Below are positions 31,149 to 41,613 of a stretch of 64,000 nt of DNA, one piece after another. Origin of the DNA: Rhodospirillales bacterium. Its GTDB lineage: Bacteria; Pseudomonadota; Alphaproteobacteria; Bin95. Every line of letters starts with the position of its first letter. Within the stretch, counting starts at the first letter, position 1. Position numbers and translations under genes: made by a program. The notes under the pieces were generated by a model. The model was not told the origin of the DNA. It did not search any database and worked only from the letters and a program-made list of their open reading frames with translations. The stretch spans positions 2,336,894 to 2,400,893 of the forward strand of contig JAYQLI010000035.1 in NCBI GenBank assembly GCA_038143065.1. Direction: 5' to 3'.

Positions 31149-32671
31149 TCAGTTTCCTTTGTTAAAATCGAAAAGCCCAAGACCAGTTGGCGAATCGGGC
31201 ATGATAGCTTGCTTGGTTACTTCTGGATTTAGGGCGGTGACACCCCGTCCGTCCAGTCCTGACAGATTGTGTATAGCGGTTAAGAAACGGTCAATTTCTG
31301 GTTGTGTTAGCAGGTGCCCTGCAAGGCTTGTAAATTTGCGCGAATAGTCCTCAAGTTTCCAAGGTTTTGTTCCGTTTGGATGGGCATCTGCAATACTTTT
31401 TTCAAAAACAAGCGTTGCACCATCAGTCATCTTTAGTTCAAGTCGCCCGCCGTATGCCCGCATTGCGGGGTCTTCGGCGTGGTAGCGACGGTCCCATTCG
31501 GGATCTGCTGCGGTTTCTATTTTCTGCCAAAGATCAATGGTGCTAGGTCTGCTGGCGCGCTCGGCGGAGTAGCTATCTATGTGGTGCCAAGAGCCATCCT
31601 CAAGTGCCACTGCAAGGATATACATAATTGAATGATCAAGGGTTTCCCGGCTTGCTTTTGGGTCCATTTTTTGCGGGTCATTTGCACCAGTGCCTATGAC
31701 AAAATGGGTGTGGTCAGAAGTGTAAAGGACAGCCTTAGAAATCCTACAAATATCAACTTTGCTCCGAACCTCAAAGGCCAGGTCTATGATAGCTTGCGCC
31801 TGATATTCTGCTGAGTGGGCCTTAGGAAAACTCTCTAAAATATTATTTGCGGCTTCGCCTGGTCGAGGCAATGTGATTGCGTATGTTGCTTCTTTACCCG
31901 CCAACATCCACGGAATGACAGAATCCTCTCCCTCATAAATTGGACTCGGGGCACCTTCTCCTCGCATTGCCCTATCAACCGCTTCAATGGCCGTTTTACC
32001 AGCTTGTGCAGGCGCAAAAGCCTTCCAAGAAGAGATTTGCCCTTTGCGTGACTGTCGAGTTGAAAAGAGAGGTGAACAGCTTGGTTTACTGCCTGAAAAA
32101 TAATCTCGGCGGGTAGTTTTAATAGGGCTCCCAGGCCTGCAGCAATTGCGGGAGCTAGATGAGCTACGTGGTCTTTTTTGTAAGAATGTAAATCTATAGC
32201 CTTAACGAGTGCGATGTGGATTTCATACGAAACCGCAATAGCCTGAGCGAGACTAGTCCCTGATTGCTCCGTTTGTTGAGCGACAGCCAGAAGTGGAGCT
32301 ATGCAGTCGCTTGGGTGTGCAAAGTCGGCGGCGAGAAATGTATCGTTGAAATCCAATTCGCGAATAGCCACGCTATTTGCAAAGCCCGCCCATTCGCAAT
32401 CTACTGTGATGGAGTTTGGTAAACCAAATAAAGGGGCTCCTCCACTGCGCTGATGAGCTAGCGCCATCGCTCTGGCAGATGCCACTGGTCCTCTATTTAT
32501 TGCAGCGAGTGCAACAGCAAAACTATCTAAAAGGCGACACTGGATCATCTCCAGGGTCAACGATTCTGGTGGAAGAGCTGCTGTGCTGAAAGTGGCTATC
32601 CTGCCAGCAAGCTGCTCACGCCAAGGCGGCGTTTCGGCAGATGACAGGCTACGAATGCTGTATCTTGGCAT
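31149..32671 (-). CDS. prpD: MmgE/PrpD family 2-methylcitrate dehydratase (split by an indel at ~32065)
   Basis: RELDFNDTFLAADFAHPSD, KDHVAHL, RQSRKGQISSWKAFAPA, ASRETLDHSIMYI and ADAHPNG. Confidence 0.85.
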
Positions 32672-33603
32672 CAGATGTTTCGAGGCCCGGCAGTACGAAT
32701 ATCATCAGGTACTAAGGTCGCAGCCACACTATCGTCTAATTCCTCAAACGAGTGATATCCGATGGTGTCATACAGTTGGGCGCGAGTTTGCATCTCTTCA
32801 AGCTTGTCAATGAGCGTTCCTTTTTCGGCTAATTCTGAATACATAGATTCCATAGCTTTTGCTGCAACGCGAAGGCTGGAAACAGGCCAAATTACCACCT
32901 TGCATCCAAACTCCTGGAATTGTTGTGCTGTATAGTAGGGCGTCCGGCCAAATTCAGTCATGTTAGCCATAAAGGGGACGCCACATTCTGAAGAAAAACG
33001 ACGGAATTCTTCAGGCGTTTTTATTCCATCAGCAAATACTAAGTCTGCTCCAGCTTCGGCATATAATCGTGCTCGGGCTAAACCGGCCTCTAAACCTTCG
33101 GATTGCACAGCATCTGTCCGAGCAATGATTCGTAGATGACGGCGCGCCTTTCGAGCCGCTGCTACCTTGCGAGCCATTTCTTCCGGGCTTGCTAGTAACT
33201 TATCGTTGAGGTGGCCACATTTTTTGGGGAGGATTTGGTCTTCCATTTGTATTGCAGCGGCTCCTGCATCTTCGAGCTCCCTGATAGTTCGCATAACGTT
33301 GAGGACTTCTCCGTAACCGGTGTCTCCATCTACTATGAGAGGAAGCTGCGTAGCTCTATGTATTTGGCGCACCGTATCGCAAAGCTCGTTCAGCTGAATG
33401 ACGCCTAAATCAGGCAAAGCCATTGCTGCCGTAACTGCAGCTCCGGAGACATAAAGACAATCAAAACCAGCGGCCTTTGCTAGCAAGCCAGCCATGGCGT
33501 TGTGGGCTCCTGGAGCTTTAACAATTCCAGGGCGATCAAGAAGCGCTTGGAAGCGCTCTCCCATCGGTTTTGATTCCCAGTTTTCTGCGACAAGCCAGGT
33601 CAT
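32671..33603 (-). CDS. prpB: Methylisocitrate lyase (ICL/PEPM family)
   Basis: LPDLG, VDGDTGYG, EDQILPKKCGHL and ANMTEFGRTP. Confidence 0.9.
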   Translation of the reverse strand: MTWLVAENWESKPMGERFQALLDRPGIVKAPGAHNAMAGLLAKAAGFDCLYVSGAAVTAAMALPDLGVIQLNELCDTVRQIHRATQLPLIVDGDTGYGEVLNVMRTIRELEDAGAAAIQMEDQILPKKCGHLNDKLLASPEEMARKVAAARKARRHLRIIARTDAVQSEGLEAGLARARLYAEAGADLVFADGIKTPEEFRRFSSECGVPFMANMTEFGRTPYYTAQQFQEFGCKVVIWPVSSLRVAAKAMESMYSELAEKGTLIDKLEEMQTRAQLYDTIGYHSFEELDDSVAATLVPDDIRTAGPRNI

Positions 33604-33686
33604 GGTTGAAAACTCCAGCGCTTTAATAGATGACGGACGAACTATAAACTGCCATCAATCATATCTACACAACAGAGGTATGCTAG

Positions 33687-34865
33687 ATGCGGCAGAGACG
33701 GATACCAGCAGTTTTCATGAGAGGTGGCACTAGCAAGGCAATCGTATTTCATGAAAAAGACTTGCCAGATGATCGTGGAATGTGGCCGGAATTATTTGTT
33801 GCAGCCATAGGGGCTAACGATCCAAATGGGCGGCAATTGAATGGGATGGGCGGTGGCATCTCATCTTTATCTAAGGTTTGCGTAGTCGGACCACCGAGCA
33901 GGCCAGAAGCCGATATTGACTATACATTTTTCCAACTTGCACCAAAGGATGCCTCGGTAGATGTATCTGGCAACTGCGGAAATATGTCGAGTGCCATGGG
34001 TCCTTTCGCTTTAGATGAGGGCTTGGTGAACGGAAAAGGTGATCAGGCTGAAGTCAAAATTCACAATACTAATACAGGAAAAATTATCAGAGCTCGTTTC
34101 CAAATTGATGAAGAGAACGCAGCAGTAGATGGAGATTTTATCCTGCCAGGTGTTGCAGGAAGTGGCTCACCTGTTTCCTTGGATTTTTTAGCTCCTGGGG
34201 GGGCTAAAACTGGTAAATTGCTACCCACAGGAAGCCCTAGCAATATTCTGCAGGTTGAGAGCGTTGGCAAAATCGAAGCCAGTATGGTCGATGCTGCCAA
34301 TCCTTGCGTGTTTGTTCGTTCAGAAGACCTGGGCGTGATTGGTACGGAGACGCCAGAGATATTAGAAGCGGACGCTGGTTTCCTTGAACGTATGGAGGCA
34401 GTGCGACGAACAGCAAGCGTGGCTATGGGTATCGCATCTGACCTGAGCCAAGCTGCAAAAATCCCAAGCATACCCAAAGTTTGTGTTGTCTCCGAGACGC
34501 AAGACCAAAATCTTTTGACTGGCGAGAAGATGAGTGGCGACCAAGCGGATATAATAGCCAGAATGATTTCCGTTGGTCAGCCCCACAGAGCCATTCCTCT
34601 TACCGGAGCACTTTGCCTAGCGGCGGCTACCCAACTCAATGGATCGATTCCACATGGTTTGTGCAGGCCAGGCCGCACACAAGTTAGAATTGGTCAACCT
34701 TCAGGCTTGACCGTAGTTGAAGCAAAAATGAGCGTGGTTGATGGCAACCTTTTTGCTGACAGCGCAAGCGTAGTAAGAACCCAAAGGCGTTTGTTCTCTG
34801 GTTATGTCTATGTCCCTGCTAAATTGACCCCCAGCCTTGATCAAATGATGTTTGCCGCGGAGTAA
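33687..34865 (+). CDS. prpF: PrpF family isomerase (aconitate/methylitaconate isomerase-like)
   Basis: FMRGGTSK, GMGGGISSLSK, GNCGNMSSA and HRAIPLTG. Confidence 0.88.
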   Translation: MRQRRIPAVFMRGGTSKAIVFHEKDLPDDRGMWPELFVAAIGANDPNGRQLNGMGGGISSLSKVCVVGPPSRPEADIDYTFFQLAPKDASVDVSGNCGNMSSAMGPFALDEGLVNGKGDQAEVKIHNTNTGKIIRARFQIDEENAAVDGDFILPGVAGSGSPVSLDFLAPGGAKTGKLLPTGSPSNILQVESVGKIEASMVDAANPCVFVRSEDLGVIGTETPEILEADAGFLERMEAVRRTASVAMGIASDLSQAAKIPSIPKVCVVSETQDQNLLTGEKMSGDQADIIARMISVGQPHRAIPLTGALCLAAATQLNGSIPHGLCRPGRTQVRIGQPSGLTVVEAKMSVVDGNLFADSASVVRTQRRLFSGYVYVPAKLTPSLDQMMFAAE

Positions 34866-34868
34866 CCA

Positions 34869-36225
34869 ATGAACAAATTGCATTCCCCAACTGCCATCAT
34901 TGCCCAGTTTATTGCGGGCTTCAAAAATAGTGATCTGCCGATAACAACACGAAAGTCCATACGTCTAGCAATTCTAGATACCTTGGTTGCGGGTAGGTAT
35001 GGAATGCCAGAGCCATGGACGCGGATGGTACGCAGTTATGCGGAGGAACACCAGCCAGCTTCGGTTGAGGGCCTTGCGCGTTTTTGGGGAGATGTGAAGG
35101 CTAAAGTTCGACCTGCGGATGCTGCGCTTGTGAATGGTGTTGCCGCCCATGCATTTGAGTTAGATGATTTTGCAGCAAAATTACACCCTGGTGCTGTGGT
35201 TCTCCCCGCGGCGCTAGCAGTTGCTGAAGCACGTGGCTCCTCCCTAGAGGATTTGGAGACTGCAACAGCACTAGGCTATGAAATAATGATCCGAATTAGT
35301 CTAGCGCTTGACCCCAATATGGCCCGACTAAGGGGGTGGCATTTAACCGGAGTTGTAGGCCCATTTGGGTCAGCCATAGCATGTGCAAAACTCATGGGTC
35401 TAAATGAAGAGCAGACACTGTGGGCATTGGGTCTTGCGGGCACTCAGGGAGCCGGTCTTTTCGCTTTTAATGCGGATGGAGCGATGTCAAAACGATTGCA
35501 CCCTGGAAAGGCAGCGCAATCTGGTGTTCTCGCCGCCGAGCTTGCTATCCGTGGCTTCACAGGTCCTTCAACAGTATTGGAGGTGGAAGATGGTGGTTTC
35601 TTGCGGGCATTTTCTGACCATTGGTCAGTAAATCCAATATTGGACGAGCTTGGGTCTCGATGGCGATCTGAGGAGGTTAATTTTAAACCCTATGCGTGTT
35701 GCGGTAGTGTTCATGCTTATGTAGATGCGGCAAAGCAAATTCGAGCAGAGCTGGGTGGTGCCCCCAAGCAGACATGTTAGTGCGGGCCGGCGTTGCTAAG
35801 GTTGTCGATGTGCAGTGTGGTTATGACTATATCCCAGGTACCGTCTTAAATTCACAAATGAGCTTACGGTATTGTTTGGCAGTTGCGCTCCTTGACGGAG
35901 AGGCTCTACCAGCTCAATTCCGAGAGGAACGTCTGGCTGATCCAGCTATAATAGATCTCGCTGGACGTATAGAACTTGTACCTGATGCTGAGCTTGACGG
36001 CTTGTACCCAACTCACTACGCCGGCTGGGCTGAAGTAGGGAATGTGAGAAGCTTCATAAAAGATCCTGCTGGATCAATAGCAAATCCAAACCGGGAAACT
36101 GCGCTTCGCGAAAAAGCTCATTCTCTTTTTAAGGATCTGGATACAAAAGTCAGGCATCTGAGCTTGAGGCTATCGTCGATTTAGGTGGTGGCTCCGCCAA
36201 TGCACTCCTGGAAGCAATTATTTGA
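34869..36225 (+). CDS. Second MmgE/PrpD family protein (indels at ~35765 and ~36135)
   Basis: AALVNGVAAHAFELDD..LHPGAVV, SKRLHPGKAA, FKPYACCGSVH and QMSLRY. Confidence 0.82.
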
Positions 36226-36952
36226 ACGGGATTTTTAAAGATAAGAATTCGGCCAGAAACTATGTCTGGCAGCGTTTAGAGACTGAATTCTTCGCATTGG
36301 AGCCCTTTCCGGTCTGGAATAGAATTCCCAATTTTAAGGGTGCTGAAGCAGCGGCAAGAAAGCTTTTTAACCTTGAGCCTTGGTCGTCTGCTAGCTCGTT
36401 AAAGATAGGTCCAGACTCAGCTCTTACTTATGTTAGAGTTGAAGCCCTTAGACGGGGAATTAAGGTGTACGTGCCAACACCAAGGCTTGCAGGAGCCTTC
36501 ATGTTGCTTGATCCGGAAAAAATTGTGACGGAGCAAATTGTGCATGCTAGTGCTCGAGAGAACTTCGCTGAATATTCCAAAGCTGTTGGGCTATCTGATC
36601 TCCCGCATTTTGACGGCATCGTGGCAGGTTCTGTCGCAGTAACAAAAGACGGGTGCAGAGCTGGAAAAGGTGCTGGGTACAGTGATTTAGAATTTGCCTT
36701 GCTTAGGGAGCTTGGTCATTCCCCTGTTCCCGTGGCTACAATTGTCCATGAGGCACAAATTGTTGAAGGGTTCCTGTTGAGACCACAGATCAGCGCCTGC
36801 ACTCTATTGCAACGCCAAGTTCAGTTTGGCTCACAGGGATAGACCTGAAGGATGCACCTTCTCAAATTGATTGGTCGCTTATCGGTCGCGATATCATAGC
36901 TTCTATGCCACCGTTGCAAGAAATTTATGAGCGCGCAAAAAAAAATAAGTGA
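36222..36952 (+). CDS. 5-formyl-THF cyclo-ligase paralog (COG0212/MTHFSD-type; indel at ~36770)
   Basis: PFPVWNRIPNFKGA..VYVPTPRL..GSVAV..GKGAGYSDLEF..ATIVH; the shifted frame continues D....IATP...IDW...MPPL. Confidence 0.82.
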
Positions 36953-37090
36953 AAATATGCCTTCTGGACCAGTTAGTGACTGTTACCACTTTTACAAATC
37001 CATGCCGGTAAATTTTTAATTTTTAGTTGCCCCCTATGATAGTGGGGTGAATTGATAAGGGGATATCCAGATGTCGGTAATAGCTCTTTT

Positions 37091-37504
37091 TTATTCGTTT
37101 GGTCCTTCTACAAGTTTTGTCGCAAAGTTTGCAGGTGAAACGATCTCAAGCACTTCGTAGTCATCAGAAATAGCAACTTCACGATGCTTAATCATTGGCT
37201 TTTGCAGGATGACGTCTCCAGCTTCTAGTCGACGCACACCTTCATTTTCAAATTCAAATTCGGCCCAACCTCTAATAACGTAGACCAGTTGAAAGTCACA
37301 TTCATGAATGTGCCATTCTTGCACTTCATCGCTCATTTTCTTGCCATTGCATTTAATTACATGAGCAATGAAGTCGCCCTTTGTTCCTTCTTTTACTCCA
37401 ACATCCCTATAGTCGAATATTTCCCGAAGTCCTTTTGTCCATTGGGCGTCTTTTGCTTTGGACAAAACAAAATCCCAATGATTAGTGTCTTTTATTTCAG
37501 TCAA
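37091..37504 (-). CDS. Cupin domain protein
   Basis: WHIHECDFQLVYVIRGW..GD...Q.P.IKHRE cupin metal motifs. Confidence 0.85.
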   Translation of the reverse strand: MTEIKDTNHWDFVLSKAKDAQWTKGLREIFDYRDVGVKEGTKGDFIAHVIKCNGKKMSDEVQEWHIHECDFQLVYVIRGWAEFEFENEGVRRLEAGDVILQKPMIKHREVAISDDYEVLEIVSPANFATKLVEGPNE

Positions 37505-37576
37505 TCTTCAACTCCTTTAAAAACCTGGCGAAAGTGCAGATGAATTATCAAAAGAACATCTAAAAAGAATTATTGA

Positions 37577-40038
37577 TCATAAATCCATCATGCCTTGATT
37601 GTCATGATACATTGCTTCAGCAATTAGGATTTCAGCCATTTTTGCTTCCGCGTCTGCGAGGAGCGTGTCTTCTACGTCACCATAAACACTCTCCTTACCA
37701 ACCTCGAGTAAAACTGGAACGGCCAAAGGAGATACTCGATCCAAACGACGATGGATAATTCTATCCTTTGCTCTAGCCAACATATCGCTAAGCCGCCGTA
37801 TATCGGTAAGCCCCCTTGCAGCGTCGCGACGTGTGGCGCGCAGAAGAATGTGGTTTGGCTCATAACGGCGAAGCACATCGTATATGAGATCGGAGTTTAC
37901 TGTTATCTGTCTGCCGTTTTTCTCTTGCCCTGGGTGACGCTTTTCAATAAGGCCGGCAATCACAGCCACTTGGCGAAATGTGCGCTTAAGAAGGCTTGAC
38001 TCTGCCATCCATTCTTCCAGCTCATCACCTAGGATGTCTTCGTCAAAAAGATGGTCTAGCTTGGTAGGCTCGCGCAAACTCCATACTGCAATAACGTAGT
38101 CTGTTGCGCAGAAACCGAGAGGTCCAAGACCTAATCGCGCCATTCGCCGCGTCAACAACATTCCGAGTGTTTGGTGGGCATTTCTTCCTTCGAAGCAGTA
38201 AGCAACTAAGTAGTAACGACCTCCTCTGGGGAAAGTCTCGACAAGCAGCCCATCTTGTCCGGGGAGCTGGGACCGCCAACGTTGCATTTTTAGCCAATCT
38301 GTTACGTCTTTAGGAAAGTCTTTCCATTGGCATGGATCTGAGAGAATTTTGCGCACTCTTTGGCAAGATCTGTTGTTAGCGGAAGTCTTCCCCCAGCAAA
38401 TGCTGGAACCTTTGGTTCCCCCTTACCTCCTAACTTCGCCATCAGTGTAGTTTCTCGGATACCAATAAATTCCAGAAGTCGTCCTGAGAAAACAAATGTG
38501 TCTCCTGGTTCGAGCCCATTGGCAAAGTATTCTTCAACCTCGCCAATCTGACGCCCGTTGACTCTTACCTTTAGCAATGGCGCCTCGACGATTACACCTA
38601 CGTTCATTCGCCACTGCCGTGCAATTCGTTGTTCGGTGACCCGCCAAAGTCCATCGGTGCCTTGGGATAATCGATGGTAACGCTCATATGCACTCAATGC
38701 ATAACCACCGGTTGCAGCAAAGTGGAGTACAGAATCAAAGTCCTCTCGTGAGAGTTCCGCATAAGGCATTGCTTTTTTGACTTCGCGATACACCGCTTCT
38801 GCATCAATAGGGGATGAGCACGCTATGCCGACAAGATGCTGTGCTAGTACATCAAGCCCTCCCGGAATCGGGACGTTACCATCAAGCTCACCATCCTCTG
38901 CTGCCTGAATGGCCGCTTTGCATTCTAGTAATTCAAACCTATTCGCTGGGCAAAGTACGGCTCGACTAGCTTCATCAAGCTGATGGTTGGATCTTCCTAT
39001 TCTTTGCAAGAGACGAGCTACACCCTTTGGTGCCCCTACTTGTACGACTAGGTCGACGTCACCCCAATCTATGCCCAAATCTAGGGAGGATGTAGCTATT
39101 ACCGCGCGCAGCTTGCCCATAGCCATTGCCGCTTCGACTTTTCGGCGTTGCTCTACGTTAAGGCTACCGTGGTGAAGGCCAATTGCTAGATTCTCATCAT
39201 TAAGCTGCCATATTGCTTGAAAGCAGAGCTCAGCTTGAGCGCGCGTATTCACAAAAACGATCGCAGAGCGTGCGGTTTTAATTAGAGAGTAAACCTCGGG
39301 CATTATATGTAGAGCCATGTGTCCGGACCAAGGTGTTCTTGCTTTAGACTCAGCAATATTGACTGAGGGGACTGCTCCAGTTGCTCCTTGAATTATCAAA
39401 ATATCTTCCTCTTCACTGGCAGTTTTTGAGAGCCAACGAGCAAGATCCTTTGGATATTTAATAGTTGCTGACAGACCAACGCGGCGATGGTTAGGCGAGA
39501 GGGTGTTCAGCCGCGATAGGCTAAGGGCAAGCATTTCCCCCCGTTTGTTGTCGGTCAGTGCGTGAAGTTCATCAATTATTACTGTCTTTAATGTTTGAAA
39601 TATTTTATCTGCGTCAGCATAGGAAAGCAGTAACGCAAGTGACTCAGGTGTAGTAAGCAGAATATGCGGGGTGTTTCGTCTTTGGCGCTGGCGTTTGGTT
39701 TGTGGAGTATCGCCTGTTCGAGTCTCTATAGAAATTCCTAGTTCCATTTCTGCTGCAGGTATTTCTAAATTTCGAGCGACGTCTACCGATAATGCTTTTA
39801 ATGGCGAGATATAAAGAGTGTGAAGGCCTGAAAACGGAACTGTATCGTGGTTCGCCAATTCAATTAAGCTCGGCAGGAAGCCTGCCAATGTTTTGCCGCC
39901 ACCTGTTGGGGCAATCAGAAGGGTGGAATTTCCAGATGCAGCCGCTGCAACCAGGGCTAGTTGGTGAGCATGCGGTTTCCAATGACGCTTTTTAAACCAA
40001 GCATCAAATTTTATAGGCAGAGATGGCGAGTCACTCAT
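37577..40038 (-). CDS. Ligase-associated DNA damage response DEXH-box (Lhr-core) helicase (indel at ~38358)
   Basis: APTGGGKT, YISPLKAL, DELH, SSLDLGIDWGDVD, QRIGRSNH and FEGRNAHQTLG. Confidence 0.92.
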
Positions 40039-40094
40039 GTGGTACAATATAGAAGTCCTGTATAGCAGATCGACTGCTTCTTTTGGAAATTGAA

Positions 40095-41380
40095 ATGACC
40101 GAACCTCTCCGTGCCGCTCTATTCATTGATTTTGACAATGTTTACTTGTCCCTAAAGCAGATTGATGCTCGTGCAGCCAATACATTTGCCCAACGCCCGG
40201 CAATGTGGCTGGATTGGCTCGAGGCTGGACGCCATGATACAGGTGAAAGGAAACTTCCTCGCCGAGTGCTAGTCAGAAATTGTTATCTAAATCCAGCTGC
40301 ATTTCACCAGCAGCGCGCCTTTTTTACTCGTGCTGCGTTTAATGTCATAGACTGCCCCTCCTTGACTGCTCGTGGGAAGAATAGCGCTGATATTGTAATG
40401 GCCATGGACATTCTAGATGGCATTCAGCATTCAACTCGCTTCGATGAATTTATTATCCTGTCGTCAGATGCAGATTTTACCCCGGTTCTTCTCCGCTTGC
40501 GCGAGAACGACCGACTCACTGCAGTATTAACATCTGCTGTCACCGCGGCTGCTTTTAGAGAGGCCTGCGATACATCAATAGATTTAGAGACTTTTGCGGT
40601 GGAGGCACTTGGTTTAGATGCCGATGACTACCGTCGTCGCCAACCCACACAGGAGGGCAATCATCGCCCTCAAGCTGCAAGCTATGCAAATGATATCGAC
40701 GAGGCTGCGCGTCGTCTGATGGAGGAGACACGCCGGAATACTGAGATACCATCTCAGGAAATTTTCAAAGTTTTTACGAAGATGCAGCGTTTTCAAGGAA
40801 GCTACTGGTTTGGCATGGGCAGTTTAAAAGCTCTTTTAGATAAAATAATTGAGAAACAACCGGATCTTATCATCGAAATGGATGGTTCATTACCCGCCTT
40901 GGTTCGTTTGCGTGGTGATGCAGATCCAAAATCAACTTATATTTCTCAGCTACCGCCTTCGCGTAACCCAGCTAATCATAATCCTAATGAGCAGGAGTTT
41001 CGGGGGATGGAACTCCTGAACCACGCTTTGTGGATGATGTTTATATGCTAATAGGAGCCCCTCGACTTTCTGGCACTCGCTATCGACGGTTGTTTGAAGT
41101 TCTATCTCAGGCCTCAGCTGATGAACTGCTGCTTGCAGCTGCGGCTCCATTACCGAAGGGGGCTGGCGTTTCTCGACGAGATGCTAGTTTTGTTATTTCC
41201 AGCCTTTCGGATTCGGGTGAAAATCCTTTGGATGGTGATGAATATGATCTTGCAGAACGGTTCCTCAGATCGATTGAGCAGGCCCTAATTAATGCTGGCC
41301 ACCCACCTTCGGAGAGCGACAAAGCAATTTTAGAAAACTGGATACTGGGCCCAGAAGATGAGGACGACGTGGTGGAATGA
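40095..41380 (+). CDS. NYN (LabA/DUF88 PIN-like) domain protein with C-terminal extension (probable indel at ~41000)
   Basis: ALFIDFDNV, GKNSADIVMAMD and ILSSDADFTPV acidic catalytic motifs; ORF 41030-41380 probably continues it. Confidence 0.8.
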
Positions 41381-41613
41381 TAGCTTTTGACGCTGAACTA
41401 GATGCTACAGGCCTGAAATGCCCTATGCCGGTGCTTCGTGCTAAGCGAGCACTCAGACCATTGTCAAATGGTCAGGTTTTAAGACTTTTGGCAGACGACC
41501 CGGCTTCTAAAAATGATGTTCCTGCCTTTTGTCATACTATTGGTGCTGAGCTCTTAGAGACTTCTTTTTCAGAAGGTGCCTACGAATTTTTGATACGCAA
41601 GGGATCTATCTAG
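41377..41613 (+). CDS. tusA: Sulfurtransferase TusA/SirA family
   Basis: LDATGLKCPMPVLRA..ADDP. Confidence 0.9.
   Translation: MIAFDAELDATGLKCPMPVLRAKRALRPLSNGQVLRLLADDPASKNDVPAFCHTIGAELLETSFSEGAYEFLIRKGSI

Noticed and set aside
36953-37090. AT-rich gap with a weak CCCC..GGGG hairpin as a possible sRNA or att site
   Set aside because: There is no recognisable RNA family and no match to the tRNA-Thr 3' end; it is probably just a terminator region between convergent genes.
17256-37560. Prophage, IS element or CRISPR array in the accessory region
   Set aside because: No integrase, transposase, phage gene or regularly spaced repeat was seen.
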